Source: the human T2T-CHM13v2.0 reference genome, Homo sapiens. Taken from it: a stretch of DNA of 64,000 nt. The translations under genes and the position numbers were made by a program. The stretch is from the NCBI RefSeq assembly GCF_009914755.1, contig NC_060932.1. One strand, written 5' to 3'. Shown here piece by piece: positions 43,811 to 58,625 of the stretch; the first letter of the stretch is position 1, and every line of letters starts with the position of its first letter. The notes under the pieces were generated by a model, which had not been told where the DNA came from, did not search any database, and saw only the letters and a program-made list of their open reading frames with translations.

Positions 43811-45157
43811 AAGCCCCATGATTTTTGGTTGCAGGTTGTCACAACATGAGCAGTTACCGCTTGCTACTTAGTGTGGCTCAGGTGAGCTGTCTTCCTTCTC
43901 TATAAGTCGCAGCCTGTTGCAGAGGATGGCAAGCTGCCTGGCCCTCCTTAGGAGAAGGCTTGGCTTTTTCTGCTCATCACATCACCAGCCTCAAGGCTCA
44001 GCTTTCTTTCTATTCCCTGGTGGCTGTCTCTCTGCCTCACACCTACTGTTGTCTAACTCTAAAAACAATCATATTTTGGGCAACATTAGTTTAATTTCAT
44101 AAACATTGCTGAATTCTCAGCAGAATGCTAAGGATCATTAGGAATAATAATAATAAGGTTGATGCAGCCTACACAGAGATGACAGGAGGGCAGGAAAGAA
44201 CCCGGATGGGCATGGGGTAGAAATGGAGGAGAGAGTTGGCCAGAATAGGAGGTCCAACCCTTGCCAAGGTGGGATCAGGGTCAGAATCACAGAGTCCACT
44301 GAGCATTGTCAACTAGGGTTAGATCTGAGTCAAGCTGATGCGCAAGGGTTGGAGCCCCAAGGGCGGGGCAGAGCCATGCAGCAGCATCTAGGAAGCCGCA
44401 GTGCTTCTCTGCATCAGACAAGTGGCAGTAATGTGGAGGTCAACACAAAAAGACCAGCATGAGGATCCAGGGACAGCAAGGAGCTGGCAGGAGTGAGGTG
44501 GTGCGGTGACCAGGCTGGGCTCAGGGAAGGCTTCCGTCCCAGTGGACGAAGCCCAGAGCCAAGACACAGCCTGGCCATCGCTGTGGAGTTCACATGGGCT
44601 TCTGGGGCACCCAGGGGTCCTCAAACACCAGCAGGTCCACCACAGACGAGGGCTCTCCTTGGATCAGGGCAGAACAGAGCCAGTCTACAGAAAGAAACTG
44701 ACACCAGAAAGACGAAAGGGCTGACACCAGGTTAGTGGGGAAGACAAAACATCTAGGCATGAAACTAGAGAATCATTTGGAGCAGAGTGAATTAAACGCC
44801 AAAATGTGTGGAGCAGATGAAGACGGAAGAGGAGAGACCAGTGGGTGCCAATTTGTCCAAAAAGCCTTCAGATCACTCCCTTCATGTCAAGGTTTCTATT
44901 TTTTGCCTTGGGGAGGAGACATGATTATGACATTTCTACAATCACTGGAAAATAACATCGCTAAAATTATATTTCTTGGAGGCTTTGGGGTTTTTTTTTC
45001 CAAGATGCACATCCTGTGGCTGGGTCCTGCCCAGCCGGCCCCATGTGGCCTGAATTCTTTTGTGCAAGGCCCATGGCTTCCTCCCAAGGGAAGCTCCGTG
45101 TCCCTTTCTTGGAAAGCAGACTTGGCTTGTTTGGCAGGATCATGGCCAACTGTCTGG

Positions 45158-45196
45158 AGGAGGAGGAGAAGGAAGAGGAGGAGGAGGAGGAAGAAG
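45158..45196. repeat. (GAG/GAA)n trinucleotide tract
   Basis: ggaggaggaggagaaggaagaggaggaggaggaggaagaag. Confidence 0.9.
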
Positions 45197-45344
45197 ACTT
45201 CTCCTAAGTTCCTGACCCCCACCCCATAGCTACCTGCTCAGTACCTGGGTAGGCAGGCACTGAAGATCAGCACAAAAGATGAGCCCCTGACTCTTCCAGG
45301 GCCAGGCCGGCTCAGGGACCCCAAAGCCTTTTTTCTTCCAACAG

Positions 45345-45404
45345 CACAAATGAGAAGCCACATTGCAGTATCAACCTTGAGAATTTCAAATACCTTTGAA
45401 ACAG
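45345..45404 (+). other. Candidate 60-nt internal exon (probably non-coding)
   Basis: cttttttcttccaacAG acceptor and CAG|GTAAGT donor. Confidence 0.3.
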
Positions 45405-45775
45405 GTAAGTTCTGTGAGGGAACATTCCTTTTTCTCTCTTTTCACACCATCTTCTTTTACCTTAAAACAATTTAAGAATGCACTGCACATTTAAGAATGC
45501 TTTTTCTCAGAAGGAGGAAAATTAATTTAAAAATGAAGGGCAGAAGTTGGGAAAAATCTAAAGAGCATCCCCAAAGTCACAGGAAAATGCTACATTTTTT
45601 AATCTACACCTCATCACCTTGGCACTTTCTGGAATGTGATGAAATTATTTCTTAGATTTGCAAATAGGCATGACCATTTTGAATTTTGAGTATAGTAATT
45701 TATTTTTATATAATATATATGTATGTGTGTACAAATGAATGGATAGGTAGATAAATACATGGATAGGTAGAAGAC

Positions 45776-45776
<1 letters not shown>

Positions 45777-45823
<47 letters not shown>

Positions 45824-45852
45824 GATAGATAGATAGATAGAAGAGATAGATA
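45777..45852. repeat. (GATA)n tetranucleotide STR
   Basis: Run of AGAT units with one interruption. Confidence 0.96.
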
Positions 45853-47426
45853 ATATCGAATAGTAATACACGCGTTTCCCCCACTCCTAAAAGACCTAGG
45901 CATAATCTGAGACTTTGGGCCCAGCCTGCAGCAGATAGGCCATGGGCACTCAGCCGGCTGTCTAAGCAGCAAGCCAGCTTTCTCTCCCAACAGTGGCTGT
46001 CCTTCCCGCCCTCTCCCCTGCTGCCTGCCTCTGTCCACTGTTTTGAGTCCAGACCAAGCCTTTCCAAGCGATCACAGCCCTTTCAGCCCATTGAGACCGT
46101 CAGGCTTTTCTCCTTGCTTCTCCATTCCTTTGGGGACTTAAGAAAATCCCCCAGGGATTGGTCTAACACCACCCATCCTTACCACAGCCAGTAAGCCCAC
46201 ACCATGCTTTTCTGCTGTCTCCAAGATTGATATCCATTCCATAATTTTTCAGTAACTTTTTCCTACCTGGCTACTTTCTCCGCACAAATGCCCAGGAATT
46301 CCACAGTTCCTCCTGTTTGTTTAGAGGTTTAAGCCTGGTGCCCCTGAAACCAGACTGACAGCTCTTGACTGTCTCCCAGGATGGGGGGTTGGGGGAGGTG
46401 GCAGTGAACCCTCATGAAGGCTGAAGTCCTGAGAGCCCCAGCTGACACCTCAGGGTTCCTGAGGAAGATGTGCAGTCCTCCTCCTCCACCAACACTACAC
46501 GTTTCATACACAAAAACATTCACGGTGTACACGTGCATGTGCTTATTCATTCATCAGACATTCATGAAGGACTTAGTACGTGCTGGGTATAAAGAGAGAA
46601 GAAGGTAAAAATGCTCATGTGCCCACATAATAGTGATTGAGAAAGAGCGTGATCTTAGCCAAGGCATCAGCAAGAAAACACTCAAAAAATAACACTCTTA
46701 AGCCCCATAATATAGCTGCTCCTTCAGCTCTGAATTCAGAGAAGCCTGCTCTCACCTCCCCTCCAACTGGTCCCACCTCCACCACCTGCCCATGAGCTGC
46801 CTCTCCATCCCTGGCCCCAGGGCCTGCCCAGTTACCTCCTGTCTGCCCAGCCCAACAAGTTCAGGAGGCTGCTATCTTCTTGAGGCTCAAGAGGACCTCA
46901 GGACTCTCAGGACCTCTCTTTTCCACAGCCAGGCTGGCCTCTGTGTTCTCTTTTATTCCCTGCTAGGGGCACTGGTTCTCTGCCTACATCCTCTCCTCCT
47001 AGGCTCTTCCACCCACACCAGCACTTGAAGCTGCCCTCCTCGACACCAGCTTTTCTCTACCCTTCTCTCTCTACCCTTCCTCCATGAATATGAACATTTT
47101 AAGAACTGCATGCTAACCATTCCAGGGAAACAGAGATTAGCAAAATCCAAAGATTCCAGAACTGTACACAGTTCTCAGCCTGCAATCCCTGATCTTCATG
47201 TTTCTATCACAAAGGGAAGACCCAAGGGGCTGTTCCTGACCTGAAGCTGTGATTTGTTTGCTGTTCTACAGTAATTTTTAAAAACAAGTTGCCAGCATTT
47301 AGAAAGTGAGAGTTCACATTGAAAATGTGAATTTTGAGCTTCTCTTGAAAAATTGCCAACTCTGGGCACACTGGGCCCAAGCTCCCATCCTGGGGTCTCA
47401 GACCAGCATCTCTACCCTTCCCCATG

Positions 47427-47779
47427 TGATATAGTTTGGCTGTGTCCCCACCCAAATCTCACCTTGAATTGTAGCTCCCATAATTCTTATGTGTTACGGG
47501 AGGGACCCAATGGGAGATAATTGAATCGTGGGGGTGGTTTCCCCCATACTGTTCTCATGGTAGTAAGTAAGTCTCATAAGATCTGATGGTTTTGTAAGGG
47601 GAAAACCCTTGCACTTGATTCCCATTCTCTTGTCTGCCACCATGGAAGACATGCCTTTCGCCTTCCGCCATGATTGTGAAGCCTCCCCAGCCACGTGGAA
47701 CTGTGGGTCCACTAAACCTCTTTTCCTTTATAAATTATCAGTCTCGGGTATATCAGCAGCATGAAAACGGAGTAATACA
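47427..47779 (+). mobile_element. THE1B/C solo LTR
   Basis: TGATATAGTTTGGCTGTGTCCCC...GTAATACA; perfect TSD CCATG. Confidence 0.94.
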
Positions 47780-47859
47780 CCATGGGAGGCTGATTTGAAT
47801 TAAATTCGTTTTCTCCAGCTGCCAGGGCAGAGACCAATGCATAGGAGCAGGACAGACCA

Positions 47860-47960
47860 ACCCAACATGAGGAAAAACGTCTTAACAGTTAGAGAGGTCT
47901 GCACTGGGATGGGCTGCCTTGGCAGACAATGAGTTCTCTTCTCAGTGGAGGTTTCTAGGA
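47860..47960 (+). mobile_element. L3/CR1 fragment
   Basis: aggaaaaacgtcttaacagttagag...atgggctgcct...gtggaggttt. Confidence 0.55.
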
Positions 47961-48181
47961 CCTTGAAGTGCATGTTGCTGTAAGACAGATGCCCCAGGAA
48001 TCAGGTGGAAGAGACAACACTGAGGGCTGGAGAGCTCAAGGCAGACCCCAGAGCAGGGAGAATCCCTTCTGGATCTAAACCAGCAGATCATAATGCCTAT
48101 TTGATGGTGGAGTAGATTAAGAAAGAGTTTGATTTAGCTTAACTTGCACAGCCAACATGCTCCCCTAACTCAGTTGACTGA

Positions 48182-48191
48182 TGCTGAGTCA
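48182..48191 (-). promoter_or_regulatory. ARE/MARE motif TGACTCAGCA
   Basis: Exact CNC-sMaf consensus in unique DNA; function not shown. Confidence 0.3.
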
Positions 48192-49258
48192 AAGCTGTGC
48201 AGTGAGGGGAGGTCGGGCTGGGTCCAATAATGAAGGAAGGCCAGCTGCTCCTCCCAGCCCCGATGGGTGGCAAAACAAGAGTTAACTCCCTTCCTAAGGA
48301 GCAACTCCCTATTGCAACTGGAGGACTGGAGGTGCCCTTTGCAAGCAGCAGAATCAAAGTGGAAAAATTACAAGGCAACTTTTCTGGTTTCAACTTGTCC
48401 CCTGCAGAAAGGAAATAGATTTTAATATAAGATCTAAGAGGCAACATATTTAATAAACTGCAAAAAAATCTACTTTTGGCTGGATGCTCGCATGTTGAGC
48501 TTTAGGATGAAAGGAGATTTTTTTTCCTTGACAAAAAAAAAGTTAGACATGGATCCAAAACAAGGCTGGAATCCACCTCCCACCATCCCACTGAAATGCT
48601 CTCTAATCAGTTGGGAGCAGTCACCCTAACCCCATCACAGATACCACACAAAAGACAAGATGAAAGGCTTTTCCTTCTCCCTCTTGACCCAAATTGGAAA
48701 GTTTATTGCAAAAAAACTCTTTGTGCAAGCCAAGCAATATACAGTCTCTCCCGGATGGGACGGCGCTGAGACACTGACAAACCCCATGCCCCAAGCTGTG
48801 GGGCCTCGAGCTGACTGTGCAGGGAGTCAGCCCCACAGGTCAGCAATGGAAATATTTCATCGTGTCCAACCCCACCCCCAAGTGGAGAAGTATTTCATTG
48901 TCCTTCTCCTTTGCCCAGCTTGAATCTAAAGTCTAGACAGTTTTCAGATAACAACCTTCAGAGACAGCAAAGGGGAATGTGTATGCCTCCCAAAGATAAG
49001 CAAATGCTTGACTCTCTCATAAGTTTTCTGGAAAGCTCTCAGAGGGCCCCTCTGATGAGCAACTGAAGGGAGAGTGTCTGGAAATATATGCCAAGATGCT
49101 GGGACACCTTTTGCTTATCCCTGGAGCCCTCACCTATTTCCTAGAGATACAGCAGAAAGAGGTCATCCCCTTCCCAAAACTCATTCAGAAATAAATGCAA
49201 AGGCAGTCTATGGGAATGGGGGGGCCTTGTACCGTGTCCACCTCAGTCTCTCATTAAC

Positions 49259-49557
<299 letters not shown>

Positions 49558-49717
49558 TCCGATTAACTCATGTAGTGGATAATTATCAAATGTCTACCAC
49601 TTAGGCATCTCACTGGACACAGAAGACACAACTGTGAACAAGTCCAAGAAAGACCCTGTTCTCAGGAAACTGAAATTCCTGCTAGAAGGTCTGGCAAACC
49701 TTCGTTCAGAGATATGA

Positions 49718-50042
<325 letters not shown>

Positions 50043-50439
50043 TGTGTTAGTCAGTTTTGCATTGCTGTGAAGGAATGTGTGAGGCTGGGTAATTTATAAA
50101 GAAAAGTTTATTTTGGTTTCTGGTTCTGCAGGTTGTGCAAGAAGCATGGTGCTGGCATCTGCTCCTGGTTGAGGCCTCAGGAAGCTTCCAGTCATGGCAG
50201 GAGGCAAAGAGGGAGCCGGCATGTGCAGAGATCACATGGAAAGAGAGGAAGGAAAAAAGAGAGGAGGAGATATGAACTAATAGAGCGAGTACTCACTCCA
50301 CCAAGGGAATGGCACCAAGCCATACATACATGAGGGATCCGCCCCCATGAACCAACCACCTCTCACTAGGCCCACCTCCAACATCGGGGATCACATTTCA
50401 ACATGAGATTTGGAGAGGACACACATCCAAACCACATCA
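50043..50439 (-). mobile_element. MSTB-like solo LTR
   Basis: TGTGTTAGTCAGTTTTGCATTGC...CATCCAAACCACATCA. Confidence 0.88.
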
Positions 50440-52189
50440 TGCCCAACCTTGAAATACAGTGAATCTCACTTTATTGCTTTTACTCTCAAGCAACCAAATC
50501 CTTTACCCTCTTTCCCACGTCCGCTATAATCTAGGGTCATGAGAACGCCTTATCTTCATTCCAGATCACAAGAGTGTCCCATTCCACTAAACCACAGGCA
50601 CTCCCATGGCAGAAACATCCTCACTCTCAAAACTTCCTTAATATGAAGCACGGTTCTAGGCACAAAACAGGCACACAGAAAATACTTGTGTGGTTATTGA
50701 TTGAGCAAAGAATTTTACAAACAGTAAAAGGGGTACTGTATGCCTGACAGCTCAAGGGTTGTTGTAAATGCAAACTTCATCTTTCTGCCTTTGGGGAAAG
50801 GAGTACTGATGCTGGTTTAACTCTGTTCCCTTTAAGAGTGTCTGGTTGAAGCTGAAACTCACACCATCAACTTCTGATAAAGCAACAGAAATTTGACTGG
50901 GTTAGGCCTGACTCCAAAGCAGCTTTTAAGATGGTTATGTTGCTGCCACTTTTCTCACACAAGGGGCTGGAAATTCTACCAAGCCTCTGATCTGACACCA
51001 GAGCCTAGTTCTAAACGTTCCCTGGGTCTGCCCCAATGGTATACACAAGCCCTGGGAAGAGGAAGAAACAGCTTATGATTGCTGTGTCTTCCCCGACGCT
51101 GGAAAGAATGGTGTTCCTTGATCCCAGTGCTTCCATGACCCTGATGAAAGCCTCAGCCCTGGATCCCAGAGTGATCGCCTAGAGCAAATGCTTGAGTGAG
51201 ATTTCAGCTCTTCTCTTGCCAAGATGTGGCTTTTCAAGGCTGGGCTGCCAATGAAAATGTCAACAATGCTCAGATCAAGAGGAAAATGCTCATTTCACCC
51301 TCAGAGGGCATCCAACATTCCAGCAGATCAGTGGTGATCCAAGGTGCCCTTTGTTGATCAGGGCAGAGAATACATTTCCTTTCCCAAGACAGAGCAGTCC
51401 AGTGTGGTTAGTAAATGGGCCAGCACCAAAGAGGCTGCATGCAGAGTGGAAGCTGAGGCAGGTGATGCCCTCCTTCCTCCACAGAGAGGCTTAGATCCCT
51501 TAGAACAGGCAACTGGTCTTGGGGACATATTCTGAGTCTCTCCTGAAGCAATGGAAATGGGATCCAGCTTTGGAATCTGATCCCCTCCCTTGCAAATGAA
51601 ACTTGGTTCCAAGGAGCAACCAACTGAACAAATCCCAAATGCCAGACATTGAAACAATGGCAGAATTAGCTAGAGGAGAGCTAATGTCCCTATGAATCTA
51701 GCTAGCCCTAAGCCCAAGCCTCACAAGTCAAAATATAAATGAATTATCTAAAACTAAGAGACCTGATTGCTGAATCTTGATTAAGATGAGCATTCAAGAT
51801 GAGGATACTGAATGTGTTGAAATAGCCAAGGGAGGGCTGGGCTTGTTTCAACTAAGGTGTCTACGTGCCTTATTAACATTACTAACAAAGGAGAAAAAAA
51901 GATGTTAAAAAGTAGCAATGATGCAATAACTGGCTTTGAGTGATTCTAGAAAAGGAGCAGGCATTTGCTTTGAAATGAACTCTCAGAATTAGCTTGTTCT
52001 TCCACAGGATCATAGACTCGTCTAGTTTTGTGTTTTCCAGACTGTGCTGTGAGGAGAACAAGCAATTCCTGAGAGATCTCAGGCTCCATCCTCCTACCCT
52101 GCCTGAGCTGAAGAAGCTCTTTGTGCCCCTTCTGAATATGATTGGGTTTCTGAGTAAGAAGTTGTTGGGAGAAGTCGTTCTGCTGCTTT

Positions 52190-53296
52190 GTATCGGATAG
52201 GACTCTCAGTTGTGAAAGACAAAGACCCTGATTAACACAAAATTCATTTAGGCAAAAGTAGTGTCACACATAAACTGAAAAGTTAAAAGCTGTGAGCTTC
52301 AAGCACAGCCAGATACAGTGGCTTCTTTGATGTCAGTGGGGCTGAGGGAGTCTCTGTTTCCTACCTTGCCTCCTTCTATGTCAGCTTTATTCAGGCAACC
52401 TTCCTTCCCATGCGGTGGCAAGATGACCATCCGGCGGGTTCAGGCTTCCAGCCGGTCATCTCAGAAGCCCAGTGGTTGTCCTTCCCGATAGCTCTCTATC
52501 AATCAGGATTAGGTTAAGCTGCCAAGTAAAAGAAAACTCAAAGTGACAACAGTTTAAACAAGCTAGAAGTTCATTCTGTCTTACATAAACAAAATCCCAA
52601 AGTAAGCAGTCCAGGACTGTGTAGTTCCTCCACAAACATACATACGCATGCATGTATCTTTATGATAGAATGAAGGAGAATAGTGCTACAAAGAACATAC
52701 GCATGCATGTATCTTTATGATAGAATGATTTATATTCCTCTGGGTATATACCCAGTAATGGGATTGTTTGGTCAAATAGTATTTCTGGTTCTAGATCTTT
52801 GAGGAATTGTCACAGTGTTTTCCACAATGGTTAATTAATGGTTAAATTAATTAATTTACATTCCCACCATCAGTGTAAAAGTGTTCCTATTTCTCTGCAA
52901 CTTCACCAGCATCTGTTGTTTCTAGACTTTTTAATAGTTGCCATTCTGACTGGCATGAGATGGTATCTCACTGTGGTTTTGATTTGCATTTCTCTAATGA
53001 TCAGTGATGTTGAGCTTTTTTTCATATGTTTTTTGGCTGCATGAATGTCTTCCTTTGAGAAGTGTCTGTTCATGTCTTTTATCCACTTCTTAAAGGAAAA
53101 CCCCCATCTCTTAAAAAGAAAAAAAAAATCCTTGGTCAAATGTAATCATATGCTCACACCTAGTTGTAAGGGAGGCTAGAAGTGTAATCTTTGTTCCTGG
53201 AAGATATAAACCCAGCTAAAAGTCAAGAGTTCTGTTACTAAGGGAGATGGAGAAAATGGATTTTGGAGGGAGACTAATAGCATCTCATCTGCCATG
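52190..53296 (-). mobile_element. Old MLT1 (J/K-like) LTR fragments split by L1
   Basis: tcaggattaggttaagctgc; ctagttgtaagggaggctagaa. Confidence 0.55.
52635..53092 (-). mobile_element. Primate L1 (L1PA/PB) ORF2 C-terminal fragment, truncated at both ends
   Basis: [45 protein letters not shown] resembles L1 ORF2p. Confidence 0.92.
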
Positions 53297-53300
53297 TTAA

Positions 53301-53729
<429 letters not shown>

Positions 53730-53814
53730 TGATTCTTCTGGCCATGCCTAATCCTAGACAGAAAGGATGCTGGGCAGATAGAAACAGCAGAACACTCTCA
53801 CTCCAGTGTAATCT

Positions 53815-53940
53815 CTTAATGTTTTTATTTTTCAGCTGCAGAAACTGAGGTCCCAAAAGGTGAAATGACTTGCAATGGGTACATAGTGATTACTTCTGGG
53901 GCACAAGATCAAGACTCCACTTTATTGCTCTCCACTATCA
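53815..53940 (-). mobile_element. MIR
   Basis: agaaactgaggtcccaaaaggtgaaatgacttgc. Confidence 0.6.
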
Positions 53941-54349
53941 GTCAGATATATTTCATAGAAATGTGAAATGAAAGGTCTGTAATTTACACCATATTTGGCT
54001 GAACACAAGGATTTCCAAAAAATTACTCCTAATTATTTTAAACCTTTGTGAAAATTACACCTAACTTTTTAAGCTCGTGCACATAGTTACATAAATAAAG
54101 AGAAAAATAAGATGCCTTGCTTTCTTCCTTTGATGAATCCTAATTAGCTTATACCTGTGTTTTCAACCACCATGAGCAGAAGTGTCAACATCTTGGAACA
54201 CTCTCTTCCTCCTTCACCCCTCTATCCCTCCTTTCATGAAGCTGCTTGCCAAGCACTGGTAGACAAAGGTGAGAGAGGGTCCTTTCCCTCAAAGGGCTTA
54301 CATTCTTAAGGGAAAAACAAACAGGTAAACAGACAACGCCCTGGTAGGA

Positions 54350-54645
54350 GGCCAGGCACTATGGCTCATGCCTGTAATCCTAGCACTTTGGGAGGCCAAG
54401 GCAGGTAGATCACTTGAACCCAGGAGTTCAAGACCAGCCTGGGCAACATGGTGAAATCCCATCACTACAAAAAAAAATTAGCTGGGTGCAGTGGCACACC
54501 TGTAATCCCAGCTACTCGGGAGGCTGAGGTGGGAGGACTGCTTGAGCCTGGGGAGGTCAAGGCTGCAGTGAGCCAAGATCACACCACTGCATTCCAGCAT
54601 GGGTAACAGAATGAGACCCTGTCTCAAAAAATAAATAAAATAAAA
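54350..54645 (+). mobile_element. AluJ within L2
   Basis: GAGGTCAAGGCTGCAGTGAGC. Confidence 0.92.
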
Positions 54646-54971
54646 CAAGGTAAATAGGTTTGCATGCTTAGGACGTCAAGAACAGAGTGGGGGATCTCAC
54701 TGTCAAAGCTTCACAGGGAGGCAATACTTGAAAAGCCAGCGCAGGCAGGAAAGAGCTTGGGCATAGAGATCAGAATATGCAAACACACATATGCATAGGA
54801 GGAAACTACACGGAGTTCAGTATGGCTGGAGCTAGACTGGGAAGGGCATGGAGGAAGATAGGGCAATGAAGAGAACAACATGTCAGATCTGGAAGGTCTT
54901 TGTATACCTTGCAAGGCAATAGCTGGACAGTACCATTGCTTACCTAGACCTGAGGAGACAGAATGGCTTCA

Positions 54972-56090
<1,119 letters not shown>

Positions 56091-56304
56091 ATATATCAAG
56101 TACCATTTTACTCTTTGATGTGTTTGATTTTGAAAGAAAAGTTATTCAATAAAATTAATATAAGGAAAGATTGCATGGGTTTTTTAAGTTGTCTTTAAAA
56201 ACATGCAGCCTGAATCTGGATTCGAGGTTCATGGAAGGTGCTACATTTTGGGGAAAGTGGAGGAAGGCCTAAAAGGTTCTGTTCCTCTAAAAATATACCT
56301 CTCA

Positions 56305-56543
56305 GAGTTCATGACCAGCCTGGACAACATAACAAGCCCCTGTATCTACAAAAAAGTTTTTTTAAAAATTAGCCAGGCATGGTGGTGCACACCTGTAGTC
56401 CTAGCTACTCCCAAGTCTGAGGTGGGAGAATCACTTGAGCCCAGGAGTTCGAGGTTACACTGAGCTATGATTGTACCACTGCACTCTAGCCTGGATGACA
56501 GAGTGAGACCTTGTCTCTAAAGGTAAAAAAATAAATAAACAAA
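56305..56543 (+). mobile_element. AluJ, 5'-truncated
   Basis: TSD core ACCTCTCAG. Confidence 0.9.
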
Positions 56544-56886
56544 TATATAAACCTCTCAGTTCCTATCCCACCTATCCTGACTTCTTTCTGTCTACCTTGA
56601 GGAAAGGAAAATAAACAAGTTCCCAGAAAAAGCATCAGCAAACTTCTAAATGAATATAACCAATTCCTCTCAGGAGATGGAACAGGCTCAGTGATCACGT
56701 GTCTTGGGTTTCCTGGCATGCTCCTGGTTTCACATATTCTGTGCCATTTCTGCTGTGAGCTTACTTGTATCAGACCATGTGTCCTGACTTGGAATCCAAA
56801 AATACAGAGATGCAGTCTTTAACCACTTCTATGCACAACAACCTCCAAGTCCCTGGAATGACATGATGCCTGTCTTACCTCCCAAA

Positions 56887-56985
56887 CCTATGCAGGCCAA
56901 ATCCTAGGTCCCCCACCCCCATCCCATGCAGGTCAAGTCCCAGCCTCCCCCCATCTCATGCAGGTCAAGCCCCAGTCCTCCCCCA
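56887..56985. repeat. ~33-bp tandem repeat, about 3 imperfect copies
   Basis: CCCATCYCATGCAGGTCAAGYCCCAG unit. Confidence 0.8.
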
Positions 56986-57429
56986 ACCCAGACACAAAGA
57001 AACACACTGAGTAACTGTCACCTCCCCATTCATAGCTGATGGTGCTCCCAGCTTGTCCCCATAACCCACCCACATGTGCCCACACCACAGGACACCACGG
57101 GCCTCCCTCCACTGTGCCAGAGAGGAACACAAAGCAGCAGAGACTGACGCTGAACCCGAGCTCTCACCTGGACCCCCCGACAGCCTCTGCACCAACCTTA
57201 CTCAGCCTTCCACATCCAGCCTTGTGACAAAAGGCACATGCAGAAACTCTGCCTTGACAACCTTGCCAGTGGGTCATCCCAGTTCAGGTAGAGCTGCCAG
57301 GGGTGCCAGACTGAAAGGGCAGACAGCAGGAGTGAAGTGGACAGAGGCAGAAAGGAAGGGGACTGGCACCTGTCGAGCACTTGGCATCGGGCCAGGCGCT
57401 GTGTGGCACTTGATGTATCAGATGTCACT

Positions 57430-57580
57430 TAATCCCTGCCTGAGGATAATCCTCACTGCACACAGAAGGAAACTGAAACTTAAAAGAGTGAATAACTCAC
57501 CCAGGTCACGGCTATTAAATCCAGAAGAAGAGTCAAACCCCACGTTCACTCGATGCCAATCTCAAGTGATTTCCACCTCA
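57430..57580 (-). mobile_element. MIR
   Basis: acagaaggaaactgaaactt...taactcacccaggtcac. Confidence 0.65.
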
Positions 57581-58339
57581 TCAGGTCACTTCTGTTTGCT
57601 TCCACAGAAAAGTCAGGACCAGGAACTTTGTGAGAATTCAGCAACAGGGATTATGAAAGTGCTTTAAGAATGAAGTTTGCACAAACACAAAAGGTTATTA
57701 TTAAAAGAAACCCCAAGGGATCGCCCACATTTTCTCAGTGTCCCAGAATCTGGTTGTATCAAATGCTGCTGCCTACAGGGGAAGACTGGGCTTGACTGTG
57801 CTTTTGGTGTTCCAGGAATTCAACTTCTGGGTGTAACTCTATTTAGAGGCAGAATGTGTGAGAAGCCCCTGACATCCGCACCTGCGCTCGTCATCCTTGC
57901 TTAGTACAGGGGCACAGGACCTTCAAACGGAAGCCTTGATCTTACTGGGTCTCCAATTTCATTCTGACCCCTGGGTGCCCAGCCAGCAAGGACCAAGACC
58001 TCCTGGTCTTGGTGCCTGGCACCTGGTTCTGGTGCAAGCCCTGGAATCTGTGCTCCTCTCAGTTAGCAAGCCTTTTCCTAACCCTCCCAGAGCGCACACG
58101 ACAAACTTCAGCCTGGGTTTTCTGCTTTGGGCTCCAGTTCTCCTCACTGATTGAATCTTTTCAATTAAAAATCTCAGAATTTAGCTAAGTATATGAAACC
58201 GATGAGTGGAGCCAAGGACCCTCCAAGAGCAGCCTGCCCCCTTGTGAACTGTCTGAAAGATAAATGGAGGAGTCTCTTCTGGAATGAAGAGTAATCGTCA
58301 GTGTGGACAGCACCATGCCTCTAAACTAAGACCCCACTC

Positions 58340-58565
58340 CTCAAGCTTTAGAATGCAGTCATTCGGATTAGGGTTCGGAGCTCCACCATCCACTAGCTGT
58401 GTGACCGGGGCAACTTGTTTAATCTTGAGAAATATCATTTTTCTCCTCTGAGAAACTGGAATCATCACCTCTGCCTGACAATACTGTTGGATGGATTATG
58501 TGAAATCATGAATATAAAACATGTGGTTCAATGTCCGCACACATAGAAGGTCCTCAATAAATAGA
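58340..58565 (+). mobile_element. MIR
   Basis: cactagctgtgtgaccggggcaac...acatagaaggtcctcaataaa. Confidence 0.7.
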
Positions 58566-58570
58566 AGTTT

Positions 58571-58625
58571 AGATAGGTAGGTAGGTAGGTAGGTAGGCAG
58601 GTAGGTAGATAGATAAAGAGAGAGA
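58571..58625. repeat. (TAGG)n/(TAGA)n STR
   Basis: aggtaggtaggtaggtagg. Confidence 0.92.

Noticed and set aside
44735-45229. 164-aa ORF with Arg/Lys-rich tail
   Set aside because: The basic stretch is the translation of a GAG/GAA microsatellite; GTG start
57074-57667. 197-aa ORF, the longest in the window
   Set aside because: Runs through a MIR; no homology or coding pattern recognised
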